Notes under the pieces: generated by a model
What the model saw: the letters and a program-made list of their open reading frames with translations, nothing else
The model's database searches: none
What the model was told of the DNA's origin: nothing
Assembly: GCA_045638645.1 (NCBI GenBank)
Contig: JAZUBU010000015.1
Span: 121,646 to 185,645 of the forward strand
DNA length: 64,000 bases
Source of the DNA: Bacteroidales bacterium
Lineage (GTDB): Bacteria > Bacteroidota > Bacteroidia > Bacteroidales > UBA932
Direction: 5' to 3'
Shown: positions 1-10,215 of the stretch, piece by piece
Position numbering within the stretch: position 1 is the first letter of the stretch
How the letters are laid out: each line of letters opens with the position of its first letter
Program-made: the position numbers and the translations under genes

Positions 1-34
1 ATGCCGACCGCAAAGTCGGGTGTCCCCATGAAGA

Positions 35-1507
35 CTATGCTTTTTTCTTGGTTGATTTCCATAACAAAGACAGGCTTTGAGGCAGGGTTTTCGTAAAGAA
101 TTTCTTGATGGCGTTGAGGTACGTTTCTGCGTTGAACAACGACGAATCCTTCGTGGACTTGATGGTCAGGAATACCCCAATGGGCAAGAGCACGAGGGTA
201 GAAATGAAGGCCCCGAACAACGGGGTGATCACACCATCCCGGGCCAGTTTTTTGCCGGAGATATCCACTACCCAGTAAACCACGAAGAACATGGCTGAAA
301 TGATGACCGGCGTACCCAATCCACCTTTGCGGATGATGGCTCCCATCGGGGCTCCGATGAAGAAGAAAATCAAGCAGGCAAAAGAGAGGGTGAATTTCCG
401 GAACGATTCCAGGTTGATGCGTCGCAGCGAATGGGCATACGGGTAAATCTCGCGGTCGTAGGATTCCAATACGGAGATGTTGTTGTTCAGGTTTTTGGCC
501 GCCAAGGAGATGTTCCGTTGTTCTTCCCGGATGTTCTTCCAGATGTAGGCGGAGTCCAGTGTGTAGGGTTGTGTGATGTTTTTCCCTTTGAGGCTGTCCA
601 ACTGGAACCCGAAGAGGGTACCGTTGCCCACTCCGTACCGTTCTTTCTGTTTGGCAAACGTTTGGGCGTAAAGGATGGAGATGGAGTCCCGGTCGTGGCT
701 GAGTTCCTTGAGGTCCTGTGCCATGATTTCATTGCCGTAGCGGTCTTCTTCCGATTTTTGGAAACTGTAGTTTTCCAGTGGAATGATGACTTCCTGCCGT
801 TTGAAATGAATCCGGTTGACAACAAAGGTGGTATCCCGGTATTTGCGGGTATTGTCTTCTTCGTAGGAGATGCCATCAAAAAGGATGAAGATCAAGGCAC
901 TCTTGTCTGCATTCGATTTGATGAGCCCGGAGTCGGCCACGGCCACGCTGGTGTTTCCGTTCCGTTCCTTGTGGTCATACACCATCACGTCGTACATCAT
1001 GTCGGTTTCTTTGTTGTGACCGCTGATGCGCAACGTAAAACCTTCGATACCGTTGTAGAAGGTTCCGGTCGGAATTTTGATTTCCTCTTTGGTCCGTCCG
1101 ATGTCGTATTGCAAGGTGTAAATTTTGTTGAAGGCAATGGGAATCAGTTTGTTGGAGACAAAGAATGCCCCGATGCTGATACCGACAGCGATGACAACCA
1201 GCGGGATGAGTATGCGTTGCAGGGAAATGCCGGCCGCTTTCATGGCCAGCAGCTCGTTGTTTTCTCCCAAGTTACCCAGCGTCATGATGGAAGCCAACAG
1301 CGTTGCCAGAGGCAAGGCATGTGGCATCATGGTTACCGAACCCCAGAAGAGGAATTCCAGGATGATCCAGATGCCCAGTCCTTTGCCGACCAGATCGTCA
1401 ACGTATAACCAAAGGGTGTTCATCACGAAGATGAACGCCACAATGAGAAAGGTCAACAGAAAGGGTCCGGCAAAGGACCTGATCAGGAACTGGTCGAGTT
1501 TCTTCAC
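35..1507 (-). CDS. LptF/LptG family (YjgP/YjgQ) LPS export permease
   Basis: 490-aa ORF with a GTG start. N-terminus MKKLDQFLIRSFAGPFLLTF and a multi-TM layout with a large central soluble loop are typical of YjgP/YjgQ permeases. Confidence 0.8.
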   Translation of the reverse strand: MKKLDQFLIRSFAGPFLLTFLIVAFIFVMNTLWLYVDDLVGKGLGIWIILEFLFWGSVTMMPHALPLATLLASIMTLGNLGENNELLAMKAAGISLQRILIPLVVIAVGISIGAFFVSNKLIPIAFNKIYTLQYDIGRTKEEIKIPTGTFYNGIEGFTLRISGHNKETDMMYDVMVYDHKERNGNTSVAVADSGLIKSNADKSALIFILFDGISYEEDNTRKYRDTTFVVNRIHFKRQEVIIPLENYSFQKSEEDRYGNEIMAQDLKELSHDRDSISILYAQTFAKQKERYGVGNGTLFGFQLDSLKGKNITQPYTLDSAYIWKNIREEQRNISLAAKNLNNNISVLESYDREIYPYAHSLRRINLESFRKFTLSFACLIFFFIGAPMGAIIRKGGLGTPVIISAMFFVVYWVVDISGKKLARDGVITPLFGAFISTLVLLPIGVFLTIKSTKDSSLFNAETYLNAIKKFFTKTLPQSLSLLWKSTKKKA

Positions 1508-1514
1508 GTCAGGA

Positions 1515-4133
1515 TTATGCTTTTACGGCGTTTTCAATCAAGGTGTCCAAAGCCTGTTGCAGACCGTCGGTGATTTTGCCTCCGGCTGTCGCCAGGAATT
1601 TTTGGCCACCGCCACCACCCTGGATGAAACGGGCGGCTACTTTGATATCTTTGGAGGCATCCTTGCCAGCTGCCACGAGGTCATCGCTGTACATCAAAAC
1701 CAAGGCCGGTTTGTCCGGTGCTGCCAGGAAGGCTGCGGCAAAGACGGCGTTGGTGCTGTCTTTATGCAGTTGGAATGCCAGGTCTTTGACCATTTCGGTG
1801 GTGTAGTTGCCACGGAGTTTGTACACGGTGATGCCGTTGATGACTTCTCCTTGTTCGGCAATGCTCTTCTTCAGGTTTTGGACGCGTTCCCGGTTCATTT
1901 CTTCCACAGTCTTGCGGTAGCTTTCGTTTTCTGCGAAGAGTTTGGCGATGGACTGTACCAAGTTGGGTGTCTGACCGAACATTTCACGGATGGCTTGGAT
2001 CTGGTCTTCCATTGTTTCGATGCTGTTTTCGGCTTGACGGCCTGTTACCGCTTCGATCCGGCGCACACCGGCGGCTACCGCCGATTCAGAGAGGATGCGG
2101 AAATAACCGATGTTACCGGTGGCTTCGACGTGGGTGCCCCCGCACAATTCGGCTGAATCACCAAAGCGGATGACGCGTACACGGTCACCGTATTTTTCAC
2201 CAAACAAGGCCATGGCTCCCAATTCGCGGGCTTGCTCGATGGGAAGGTCGCGGAATTCTTCCTTGCCGATGTTTTGGCGGATGAGTTCGTTGACGCGGCG
2301 TTCCACTTCGCGGAGTTTTTCAGGAGTGATTTTCTCGTAGTGGGAGAAGTCGAAACGGAAGGAATCTGCATTGACACTCGAACCTTTTTGTTCGATGTGG
2401 GTGCCGATCAGTTCCCGCAAGGCAAAGTGGAGTAAGTGGGTGGCCGAGTGGTTGTTGGTGGTATCCTGGCGACGTTGCAGGTCTATGCTGGCGTGGAAGG
2501 TCGCTGTAGGATCACTCGGGAGGCGGTCAGCCAAATGGATGTTGAGGTTGTTTTCTTTGATCGTGTTGGTGATTTTGATGGTTTCGTTGGCGTTGGCCAA
2601 TACACCACTGTCACCAGCCTGTCCACCACTTTCGGCATAGAACGGACTTTGGTCCAACACGATTTGCACCAGTTCCTTGTTGCGGGATTTGACGGTTCTG
2701 TATTTCAAGATGCGGACATCCGCTTCGCTTTCGTCATAGCCGATGAAGGCGGATGTTTTTTCGGGAAGGATTTCAATCCAGTCGCTTTCTTCTACGGCCG
2801 CTGCATTGCGGGCTCGTTCTTTCTGTTTGCCCAGTTCGCGTTCGAAGCCTTCCAGGTCAATGCTGTATCCTTTTTCCTTGGCAATCAGTTCGCTCAAGTC
2901 AATCGGGAAGCCGAAGGTGTCGTACAAGGTGAAGGCGTCTTCGCCGGAGATGACTTTGGTCGCCTGTGATTTTTCAAGGATCTGGTCGATTAGTTTGATT
3001 CCTTTGTCCAAAGTTCTCAGGAACGCTTCCTCTTCTTCTTTGATGACGCGTTCAATCAGGGTTTGCTGGCTTTGGAGTTCCGGATAGGCTTCGCCCATTT
3101 CTCGGATCAGTGCCGGTACCAGGCGGCAGAGGAAAGGTGTGTTGACACCCAGGAAGGTGTAGGCATAGCGGACGGCACGACGGAGGATGCGGCGGATGAC
3201 ATAACCTGCCTTCACGTTGGAGGGCAGCTGGCCGTCCGCGATGGAGAAGCTGATGGCTCGGATATGGTCGGCGATCACGCGCATCGCCACTTCGGTTTCT
3301 TTCGACTCTTCGTATTTGCGGCCGCTCAACCGGGAAATTTCTCCGATGAGGTGTTGGAACAGGTCTCCTTCGTAGTTGCTCTTGTTGCCGTTGATGGCCA
3401 TGACCAGACGTTCCAGCCCCATACCGGTGTCCACGTGTTTCTTGGGAAGCGGTTCCAGCGAACCGTTGGCTTTGCGGTTGAATTGGATAAAGACGAGGTT
3501 CCAGATTTCAATGACCAGGTGGTGGCCTTTGTTGACGAGTTCAACACCCGGGACAGCAGCCCGTTCTTCTTCGCTGCGCAAGTCAATGTGGATCTCGCTG
3601 CAAGGACCACAGGGACCGGTCTCTCCCATTTCCCAGAAGTTGTCTTTCTTGTTGCCCAGGATGATGCGTTCCGCAGGCAGGTGTTGGAGCCAGTAGGTGC
3701 GTGCTTCGTTGTCCAGTTCCACACCTTCTTCGGGGTTGCCTTCAAAGATGGTTGCGTACAAACGGTTCGGGTCCAGTTTGTACACATCGGTCAGCAGTTC
3801 CCAAGCCCAGTCAATGGCTTCTTTTTTGAAATAATCTCCAAAACTCCAGTTGCCGAGCATTTCGAACATGGTGTGGTGGTAGGTATCGTGGCCCACTTCT
3901 TCCAGGTCGTTGTGTTTGCCGCTGACGCGCAAACATTTTTGGGTGTCAGCCACACGGGGATAGCGGATCTCGCTGTTGCCCAAAAACCAATCTTTGAACT
4001 GGTTCATGCCGGCGTTGGTAAACATCAGGGTCGGGTCCCCCTTGACAACCATGGGTGCGGAGGGAACAATTTGGTGGCCTTTGGAGGCGAAAAACTCTAA
4101 AAATTTGGATCTTATCTCTTTTGAAGTCATCAT
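1515..4133 (-). CDS. alaS: alanine--tRNA ligase
   Basis: 872 aa. [29 protein letters not shown], editing-domain HSATHLLH and CGGTH motifs, and a GGGG-containing DHHA1-like C-terminus. The ORF-track start at 4163 is a GTG lying in the predicted promoter box, so ATG 4133 (or 4130) is preferred. Confidence 0.95.
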   Translation of the reverse strand: MMTSKEIRSKFLEFFASKGHQIVPSAPMVVKGDPTLMFTNAGMNQFKDWFLGNSEIRYPRVADTQKCLRVSGKHNDLEEVGHDTYHHTMFEMLGNWSFGDYFKKEAIDWAWELLTDVYKLDPNRLYATIFEGNPEEGVELDNEARTYWLQHLPAERIILGNKKDNFWEMGETGPCGPCSEIHIDLRSEEERAAVPGVELVNKGHHLVIEIWNLVFIQFNRKANGSLEPLPKKHVDTGMGLERLVMAINGNKSNYEGDLFQHLIGEISRLSGRKYEESKETEVAMRVIADHIRAISFSIADGQLPSNVKAGYVIRRILRRAVRYAYTFLGVNTPFLCRLVPALIREMGEAYPELQSQQTLIERVIKEEEEAFLRTLDKGIKLIDQILEKSQATKVISGEDAFTLYDTFGFPIDLSELIAKEKGYSIDLEGFERELGKQKERARNAAAVEESDWIEILPEKTSAFIGYDESEADVRILKYRTVKSRNKELVQIVLDQSPFYAESGGQAGDSGVLANANETIKITNTIKENNLNIHLADRLPSDPTATFHASIDLQRRQDTTNNHSATHLLHFALRELIGTHIEQKGSSVNADSFRFDFSHYEKITPEKLREVERRVNELIRQNIGKEEFRDLPIEQARELGAMALFGEKYGDRVRVIRFGDSAELCGGTHVEATGNIGYFRILSESAVAAGVRRIEAVTGRQAENSIETMEDQIQAIREMFGQTPNLVQSIAKLFAENESYRKTVEEMNRERVQNLKKSIAEQGEVINGITVYKLRGNYTTEMVKDLAFQLHKDSTNAVFAAAFLAAPDKPALVLMYSDDLVAAGKDASKDIKVAARFIQGGGGGQKFLATAGGKITDGLQQALDTLIENAVKA

Positions 4134-4162
4134 AAAGCAGTCGTTTTCTAATAAATCAACCA

Positions 4163-4170
4163 CAAAGATA
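4163..4170 (-). promoter_or_regulatory. Bacteroidota -7 box TAnnTTTG (TATCTTTG) for alaS
   Basis: Plus strand reads CAAAGATA, about 30 nt upstream of ATG 4133. Confidence 0.45.
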
Positions 4171-4190
4171 GTTTTTTTATCAAAAATACA

Positions 4191-4198
4191 TATATTTG
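4191..4198 (+). promoter_or_regulatory. -7 box TATATTTG for the M23 peptidase operon
   Basis: Exact TAnnTTTG match, 24 nt upstream of ATG 4223 and back to back with the alaS box. Confidence 0.45.
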
Positions 4199-4222
4199 CG
4201 CGTTATAACCCAGGTAAAAAGG

Positions 4223-5200
4223 ATGAAAAAATCAGCAAAAATCCGTTACAGACTCAACAGAGAGACACTGACTTACGAGGTGGTGGAAGTGTCCCAGCGG
4301 GAGCGCCGTCTTCGTCAGGTGTTGCTGTTTGTGCTGAGCTTTGTGGCTTTTTGCGGCTATTATTTCCTGTACACGCAGGTGCTGGGTTGGAAAACCCCGA
4401 AGCAGGTGCTGATCGAACGGCGTGCCTCCGAATGGCAGTCCAAACTGGATGAACTGACGGTCTCCCTGGAGAAGAACTATCAGATTCTGAACGAACTGGA
4501 ACGTCGTGACAACAAAGTATACCGACCCGTTTTCGGGATGGACGAGATCTCGGAAGAGGTGAGAAATGCAGGGATTGGAGGCGTGGACCGATATGGGTAC
4601 CTCGAGATGATGGACCCCAACGGCCGCTTGTCCAGTTATGTGGAGACTTTTGATATCCTCAGCAAAAAAGCTTATATCCAGTCCCATTCCTACGACGATG
4701 TGTTTCCCTTGGCGCAGACTGCTGACCAGATGTCGATGTGCATGCCGACCATTTGTCCCGTATCCCCGGACCAGGTTCGCCTGACGTCTTCGTATGGGTA
4801 CCGCAAGGACCCGAAGGATGGTAAAACCCGTTTTCATGACGGCCTGGATCTGGCAGGAAAGGTGGGCCTTCCGATATATGTGTCCGGAAATGCGACGGTC
4901 GTGGATGTGGGATTCGACTTTTTCGGTTATGGCCACTATGTGTTGGTGGATCACGGTTTTGGATACCGCTCCCGGTATGCACACTTGAGTAAAGTCTATG
5001 TGTCGGAGGGTCAGGTTCTCAAGCGGGGAGACCAACTGGGCGAGATGGGTAATTCCGGGAAGTCTACCGGTCCACATTTGCATTATGAGATCATTCACAA
5101 AGGCCGTCCGGTCAACCCCTATAAATTCTTTGATTTGGAACTTCCGGCGGAAGATTATCACTTGATTGTCCGTAGTTTGGGATCGGGGGGTAACGTATGA
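4223..5200 (+). CDS. M23 family metallopeptidase (membrane anchored, coiled-coil linker)
   Basis: 325 aa counted from MKKSAK. N-terminal TM segment. M23 motifs HDGLDLAG and GNSGKSTGPHLHYEI. Confidence 0.85.
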   Translation: MKKSAKIRYRLNRETLTYEVVEVSQRERRLRQVLLFVLSFVAFCGYYFLYTQVLGWKTPKQVLIERRASEWQSKLDELTVSLEKNYQILNELERRDNKVYRPVFGMDEISEEVRNAGIGGVDRYGYLEMMDPNGRLSSYVETFDILSKKAYIQSHSYDDVFPLAQTADQMSMCMPTICPVSPDQVRLTSSYGYRKDPKDGKTRFHDGLDLAGKVGLPIYVSGNATVVDVGFDFFGYGHYVLVDHGFGYRSRYAHLSKVYVSEGQVLKRGDQLGEMGNSGKSTGPHLHYEIIHKGRPVNPYKFFDLELPAEDYHLIVRSLGSGGNV

Positions 5201-6153
5201 AGCTGTTTCAATTCGACGGGAAGGAACTTTGGGTCAACAAAGAAGAATCGTTTCTGAAGCGGTGGGGCCGGTTGTTGCTCCGTCTTCTGCTTTGGAGTCT
5301 GCTCTTGTCCCTTCTGTATTATCTGATTTTTGCCTTGTTGTTTACCACGGACTCCCAACGGCAATTGTATCGGGAGAGCAAGGCCATTGAGGCAATGTAC
5401 GATGAACTGGCTGAAAGCAGTCGTCATCTGGACCGGGTGATCAAGGGTCTGCAGGAGAAAGACCAGGAATTGTACCGGAAAATTTTTGATGCGGATCCTC
5501 CGAGTTTTGACGGATACGGTCACGAAGGGGAGTTGACCTATGATCCGGATTCTGCCATGGCGGCAGGCCTGGTTCGGCAGACAGCCCAACGCTTGAAAGA
5601 GATGGAATACCAGGTGAGCTTGACGCAAGAGGCTGTCCGGCAGTTGGATTCAACGGTCCGTTCGGGGGCATACTCTATTCAGGAGATTCCTTCCTTGATT
5701 CCGGTAGCGGATTTCATTGTACAGCAGACCGGTGCGACGGTGGGTCGTCGGATCCATCCTTTTTACAAATCCTTGGTGGACCATACGGGTCTGGATCTGA
5801 TCACGGGGGTGGGGACGGATGTCTTTGCAACCGCTGACGGGGTTGTCCTGGAAGTGAGCAAATCGGAGAAGGGTCGGGGGAATTTTATCCGCTTGGAACA
5901 CAAGCACGGATACCAGACAACTTATTCCCACTTGGCCTCCATCGCCGTCCGAAAGGGGCAGCGGGTGACGCGTGGCCAGGTGATTGGCCGGGTGGGTTCC
6001 ACCGGAATGGCCTTTGCTCCCCATTTGCACTACGAGGTACTGCTGGACGGAGTCTATGTGGATCCCATTAATTATTTCTTTGTCGAATTGACGCCGGAAG
6101 AGTATCGGAATGTGTTGCGCATTGCGACCAATACCGGGCAGTCAATGGACTGA
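5197..6153 (+). CDS. M23 family metallopeptidase (paralog of upstream gene)
   Basis: 318 aa. The start overlaps the upstream stop (ATGA). N-terminal TM segment. M23 motifs HTGLDLIT and GSTGMAFAPHLHYEV. Confidence 0.85.
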   Translation: MKLFQFDGKELWVNKEESFLKRWGRLLLRLLLWSLLLSLLYYLIFALLFTTDSQRQLYRESKAIEAMYDELAESSRHLDRVIKGLQEKDQELYRKIFDADPPSFDGYGHEGELTYDPDSAMAAGLVRQTAQRLKEMEYQVSLTQEAVRQLDSTVRSGAYSIQEIPSLIPVADFIVQQTGATVGRRIHPFYKSLVDHTGLDLITGVGTDVFATADGVVLEVSKSEKGRGNFIRLEHKHGYQTTYSHLASIAVRKGQRVTRGQVIGRVGSTGMAFAPHLHYEVLLDGVYVDPINYFFVELTPEEYRNVLRIATNTGQSMD

Positions 6154-6178
6154 TGCTGAAAACTTTGAACCCAATATA

Positions 6179-6538
6179 ATGAACGAGACAAAACTTTATT
6201 ACACAATCGGAGAGGTTGCCCAGCATCTGGGGGAAAACGTTTCCCTGGTCCGCTTTTGGTCGGATCAGTTCGCCGGAGTCTTGCGTCCGGTCCGTAACAA
6301 CAAGGGAAACCGTCTGTTTACTCCGGAGGATGTGCGTCGTCTGGAATTGATTCATTACCTGGTCAAGCAGCAGGGCATGACCCTGGAGGGAGCCCGACTG
6401 CAGATGAAAGCCAATCCGGAAGGGGTGAACCGTCGGGAAGAAGTCGTTCGTTCGTTGGAACGGGTCCGTGACGAACTGAAGGAAATTGCGGAAGGGTTGA
6501 AGGAGATAAAATCAAACGCATTGGAACATGAAAGCTAG
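6179..6538 (+). CDS. MerR family transcriptional regulator (short, HTH plus coiled coil)
   Basis: 119 aa from MNETKLYYTIGEVAQHLGENVSLVRFW (MerR-type HTH). The upstream part of the ORF-track call overlaps the M23 gene and was trimmed. Confidence 0.8.
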   Translation: MNETKLYYTIGEVAQHLGENVSLVRFWSDQFAGVLRPVRNNKGNRLFTPEDVRRLELIHYLVKQQGMTLEGARLQMKANPEGVNRREEVVRSLERVRDELKEIAEGLKEIKSNALEHES

Positions 6539-7322
6539 CGAAGTTGTTGGAATTCTGGAAGAATTTGCCCCGTGCTCGTTTCAGGAGTCCTGGGACAATG
6601 CCGGTTTCTGCATTGGTAGTCCGGAGCAGGAAGTGACTGGGGTCTTGTTGGGATTGGACTGTACGGAATCCCTGATGGATGAGGCGTTGGCCTGCGGTGC
6701 CAACCTGATCATTACCCACCATCCATTGATTTTTCAAGGGTTGAAGAAGATTCATCCGGCCGATGCCATTGGAAAGATGGTTTACAAGGCTATCCAAAAC
6801 AATTTGGTCATCTATGCGGCGCACACCAATGCCGACAAGGTGTTTGGCGGGGTCAGTGATTGGATGATGGAACGTTTGGGATTGACGGACTGTGAAATTC
6901 TGGCTCCGGAACCGGGATTGTCGGATGCCTGTGGCCGTCCGGTAGGTTTGGGTATGGTGGGAAATTGGGCAGCACCCGTTGCTCCGGAAGAATTCCTGGA
7001 ACGGGTAAAAGCGGCTTTCGGAACGCCGTGTCTGCGAACTTCGGCCTCGTTGTCCCGTCCGGTTCGCCGGGTGGCGGTTTGTGGGGGCAGTGGTACCTCG
7101 CTGTTGGCGGCAGCACGTCGGGCCGGTGCCGATGCTTTTTTGTGTGGCGATGTTTCTTACCATCATTTTTTTACGGACGAACAGCTTTGGCTGGTAGATG
7201 TTGGACATTTTGAGAGTGAAATTGGTATAGTTGATCGCTTCTTTAACATTCTTCAAGAAAAAATTTCTAACTTTGCGGTTCGCAAAACCGCGAAGAATAA
7301 TAACCCGGTATATTACTACTAA
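6528..7322 (+). CDS. Nif3-like dinuclear metal center protein (YbgI/GTP cyclohydrolase 1 type 2 homolog)
   Basis: 264 aa. Contains WDNAGF, IITHHPLIF and GHFESE signatures of the NIF3 family. Confidence 0.9.
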   Translation: MKASEVVGILEEFAPCSFQESWDNAGFCIGSPEQEVTGVLLGLDCTESLMDEALACGANLIITHHPLIFQGLKKIHPADAIGKMVYKAIQNNLVIYAAHTNADKVFGGVSDWMMERLGLTDCEILAPEPGLSDACGRPVGLGMVGNWAAPVAPEEFLERVKAAFGTPCLRTSASLSRPVRRVAVCGGSGTSLLAAARRAGADAFLCGDVSYHHFFTDEQLWLVDVGHFESEIGIVDRFFNILQEKISNFAVRKTAKNNNPVYYY

Positions 7323-7328
7323 TCCTAT

Positions 7329-8150
7329 ATGGCAACTACAAAAGTTAAAAAATCTGCGTTGGTAACGCCTCCCATCGACAATCGGGAAACTTTCGTGTCT
7401 TTGTCCAAGAACATGACTGACACGGATATGAGTATGGAGGTCAAACTGCATACCCTTTACAAAATTCAAGAAATCGATACGAAGATCGACCGTATCCACT
7501 TGCTCCGTGGCGAATTGCCGGAAGAAGTGAGCGATCTGGAAGACAAAATCGAAGGATTGAAGACTCGTTTGGCCAAGTTCCAAGCGGAGGTGAAGGATGC
7601 TGACAAGGCCATTGCCCAATACAAGATTGATATTGAAACGGCACAAGACGCCATCGGAAAGTACGAAGAACAACGTGCCAACGTGCGCAACAACCGTGAG
7701 TACGACTCGCTGACCAAGGAAATTGAATTCCAGGATTTGGAAAAACAATTGGCCAACAAACGTATTGGTGAGACCAATGCTCTTCTGGTTGAGAAGAAAG
7801 CAGAAGTGGAAAAAACCAAGTTGGAAATTGAAGGTCGTGAGGCTGATCTGAAATTGAAGAAAGAGGAACTGGTTTCTATCATTGATGAAACTTCCAAGGA
7901 AGAAGAACAATTGTCCAAGGAACGTGCCAGCTTGGCGGCTACTTTGGATGAACGGATGATGGTGGCATACGATAAGGTGCGCTCCAACGCCCGCAACCGC
8001 CTGGCTGTGGTAACCGTGAAACGGGATGCTTGTGGTGGCTGCTTCAACAAGATTCCGCCGCAACGCCAACTGGACATTGCATTGAGCAAGAAAATCATTG
8101 TTTGCGAATACTGCGGACGGATTTTGGTGAGCTCAGAATTTGAGAAATAG
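7329..8150 (+). CDS. zinc-ribbon domain protein (COG1579 type, coiled coil)
   Basis: 273 aa. Long coiled coil followed by a CGGCF...CEYCGR C4 zinc ribbon. It is the usual downstream partner of Nif3. Confidence 0.8.
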   Translation: MATTKVKKSALVTPPIDNRETFVSLSKNMTDTDMSMEVKLHTLYKIQEIDTKIDRIHLLRGELPEEVSDLEDKIEGLKTRLAKFQAEVKDADKAIAQYKIDIETAQDAIGKYEEQRANVRNNREYDSLTKEIEFQDLEKQLANKRIGETNALLVEKKAEVEKTKLEIEGREADLKLKKEELVSIIDETSKEEEQLSKERASLAATLDERMMVAYDKVRSNARNRLAVVTVKRDACGGCFNKIPPQRQLDIALSKKIIVCEYCGRILVSSEFEK

Positions 8151-8254
8151 TTCAGGAAGGTAAATCTTTCTGATTGTCAACGACTCCATCCGCATCCCGA
8201 CGTTGGTCGAGAGCGGATGTTGTTATTTATCCGTAAAAAAAGAACACTGTTAAG

Positions 8255-9787
8255 ATGGCTACAACTTACAAGTCCACACGACGCAAACTCAATGCCCAGG
8301 AGCGGGAGCAATCCCAACGCCGGGACGCGTTGAATAGCATTAGCTACGATTTGGGACTGACTCCGCCCCAAGCCATAGAGGTGGAAGAGGCTGTGTTGGG
8401 AGCTCTTTTGTTGGAACCGCATGTGGTGCCCGAGGTCTTGGACCAATTGGTGCCCGAATGTTTCTACAAGGAGGCCAACCGGAAGATTTTTATGGCCATC
8501 CAGTCGTTGGCTGCTGCCCGTAATCCAATTGACATTTATACGGTAGCAGAGGAATTGAAAAAGAAGCAGGACCTGGAGGTGGTGGGCGGACCGTTCTACC
8601 TGACGGAGCTCAGTGCCCGCATCGGTGCGGCTGCACACGTGGACTACCACGTCAAGATTCTTTTGCAGAAATACATCCAACGCGAGACTATCACCATTTC
8701 GAGTGAGGCCCAGCAGATGGCCTTTGACGACAACATTCCGGTGGACGATTTGCTGGATACGACCCAGCAAAAGTTTTTTACGCTGGCAGAACGCAACATG
8801 AAGCGGGAGACGCAGTCGATCCGGGATGTGATCACGACGGCCATGCACGAGTTGCAGGAAAACCAGACCCGTACGGATGGATTGAGTGGGGTGGCTTCCG
8901 GCTTTACCGGCATTGACCGGATCACGTTGGGTTGGCAAAAATCGGATTTGATTATTCTGGCAGCCCGTCCGGCGGTCGGAAAGACGTCGTTTGTGTTGAC
9001 GATGGCCCGTAACATGGCCGTGAATTACAATACGCCGGTGGCCGTCTTTTCGTTGGAAATGTCTTCGGTGCAGTTGGTGAAGCGTCTGATGGTTTCGGAA
9101 ACGGGTCTTTCTTCCGACAAGATCCGGGGGGGAACCAAGCTGGTGGATTACGAATGGGTGCAGATCAACGAGCGCCTCAAGAACTTGTCCCGTGCCCCGC
9201 TGTACATCGATGATACGCCGTCGTTGTCCATTTATGAGTTTCGTTCCAAGGCTCGTCGTCTGGTGCGGACGGCGAATGTGAGCCTGATCATCATCGACTA
9301 CCTGCAGCTGATGACCGGTCCTCCGGAATTGCGGGGTATGCGTGAGCAGGAGGTATCCAACATCTCACGTTCCTTGAAGTCCATTGCAAAGGAGCTGAAC
9401 ATTCCCATCATTGCGTTGTCACAGCTGAGCCGTGCGGTAGAAACTCGCGGAGGAAGCAAGCGTCCCCAGTTGAGTGACTTGCGGGAGTCGGGTGCCATCG
9501 AACAGGATGCCGACATCGTAATGTTCATTCACCGGCCGGATTATTATCAGACGGCGGATGAAGATGTGGAACCGGGTTACACCGAATTGATCATTGCCAA
9601 GCACCGGAATGGTTCGACGGCCGATGTCAAGATGAAGTTCCGGGCAAACGAGGCCCGTTTTGTGGATTACGACGAAGTGGACAGTTCTTCCTATGAGGGG
9701 GGACACCGGTCAATGGAGTCCGGCATGAATGCAGGCAAGTCCAGCATGATGCCGAATGAGGGTTTTGATGACGATATGAATGTATAA
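8255..9787 (+). CDS. dnaB: replicative DNA helicase
   Basis: 510 aa. N-terminal PPQAIEVEEAVLGALL, Walker A ARPAVGKTSF, and IIIDYLQLM and ESGAIEQDAD motifs. Confidence 0.95.
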   Translation: MATTYKSTRRKLNAQEREQSQRRDALNSISYDLGLTPPQAIEVEEAVLGALLLEPHVVPEVLDQLVPECFYKEANRKIFMAIQSLAAARNPIDIYTVAEELKKKQDLEVVGGPFYLTELSARIGAAAHVDYHVKILLQKYIQRETITISSEAQQMAFDDNIPVDDLLDTTQQKFFTLAERNMKRETQSIRDVITTAMHELQENQTRTDGLSGVASGFTGIDRITLGWQKSDLIILAARPAVGKTSFVLTMARNMAVNYNTPVAVFSLEMSSVQLVKRLMVSETGLSSDKIRGGTKLVDYEWVQINERLKNLSRAPLYIDDTPSLSIYEFRSKARRLVRTANVSLIIIDYLQLMTGPPELRGMREQEVSNISRSLKSIAKELNIPIIALSQLSRAVETRGGSKRPQLSDLRESGAIEQDADIVMFIHRPDYYQTADEDVEPGYTELIIAKHRNGSTADVKMKFRANEARFVDYDEVDSSSYEGGHRSMESGMNAGKSSMMPNEGFDDDMNV

Positions 9788-9789
9788 CA

Positions 9790-10215
9790 ATGGGAAAAGT
9801 ATTGGTTGAACATAGGGGGAAAGTCGTTGAGGTCGGGCCTCAGGTGGTGTCTGTTCAGATTTTGCAGCAGTCGGCTTGTGCCGGTTGCCATGCCAAGTCT
9901 GCTTGTATGGCTTCTGACCAGGACATCAAGGTTGTGCAGGTGGAACCGGAATTTGGTATGACCTACGAGATCGGAGAGGAAGTGAAGGTGTTGTTGTCAC
10001 AGATTCTCGGATTCAAGGCCGTGGTGTATTCTTACCTGCTTCCCTTGGCGGTTCTAATGATTTTATTGTTAATTTTACCCCCGGTTTTGCACAGTGACCT
10101 TTGGGTGGGTCTGGCGTGCGTGGCCGGAATTGGCTTGTATTATTTGGTACTTTGGATGTTTCGGAAACATCTGAAGAAGGAATTTATATTTACCATTGAA
10201 AAGATTAGACTATGA
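9790..10215 (+). CDS. RseC/MucC family (SoxR-reducing system) membrane protein
   Basis: 141 aa. Contains a CAGCHAKSAC motif and two C-terminal TM helices. ATGA overlap with rnfB. Confidence 0.75.
   Translation: MGKVLVEHRGKVVEVGPQVVSVQILQQSACAGCHAKSACMASDQDIKVVQVEPEFGMTYEIGEEVKVLLSQILGFKAVVYSYLLPLAVLMILLLILPPVLHSDLWVGLACVAGIGLYYLVLWMFRKHLKKEFIFTIEKIRL

Noticed and set aside
1-34. Possible gene fragment or hairpin (CCGAC-N6-GTCGG) at the left window edge
   Set aside because: There is too little sequence to call anything.
431-4100. Several 300-345-aa plus-strand ORFs (431-1408, 1125-2156, 3063-4100) opposite the LptF/G permease gene and alaS
   Set aside because: All are antisense to strongly supported genes and have V/G/F/D-rich low-information translations.
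6363-8069. 568-aa ORF on the minus strand spanning the Nif3 and zinc-ribbon genes
   Set aside because: It is entirely antisense to two well-supported genes. The translation is low complexity (runs of F/L/Q/R) with no motifs. It looks like a typical shadow ORF produced by the codon bias of the sense genes.
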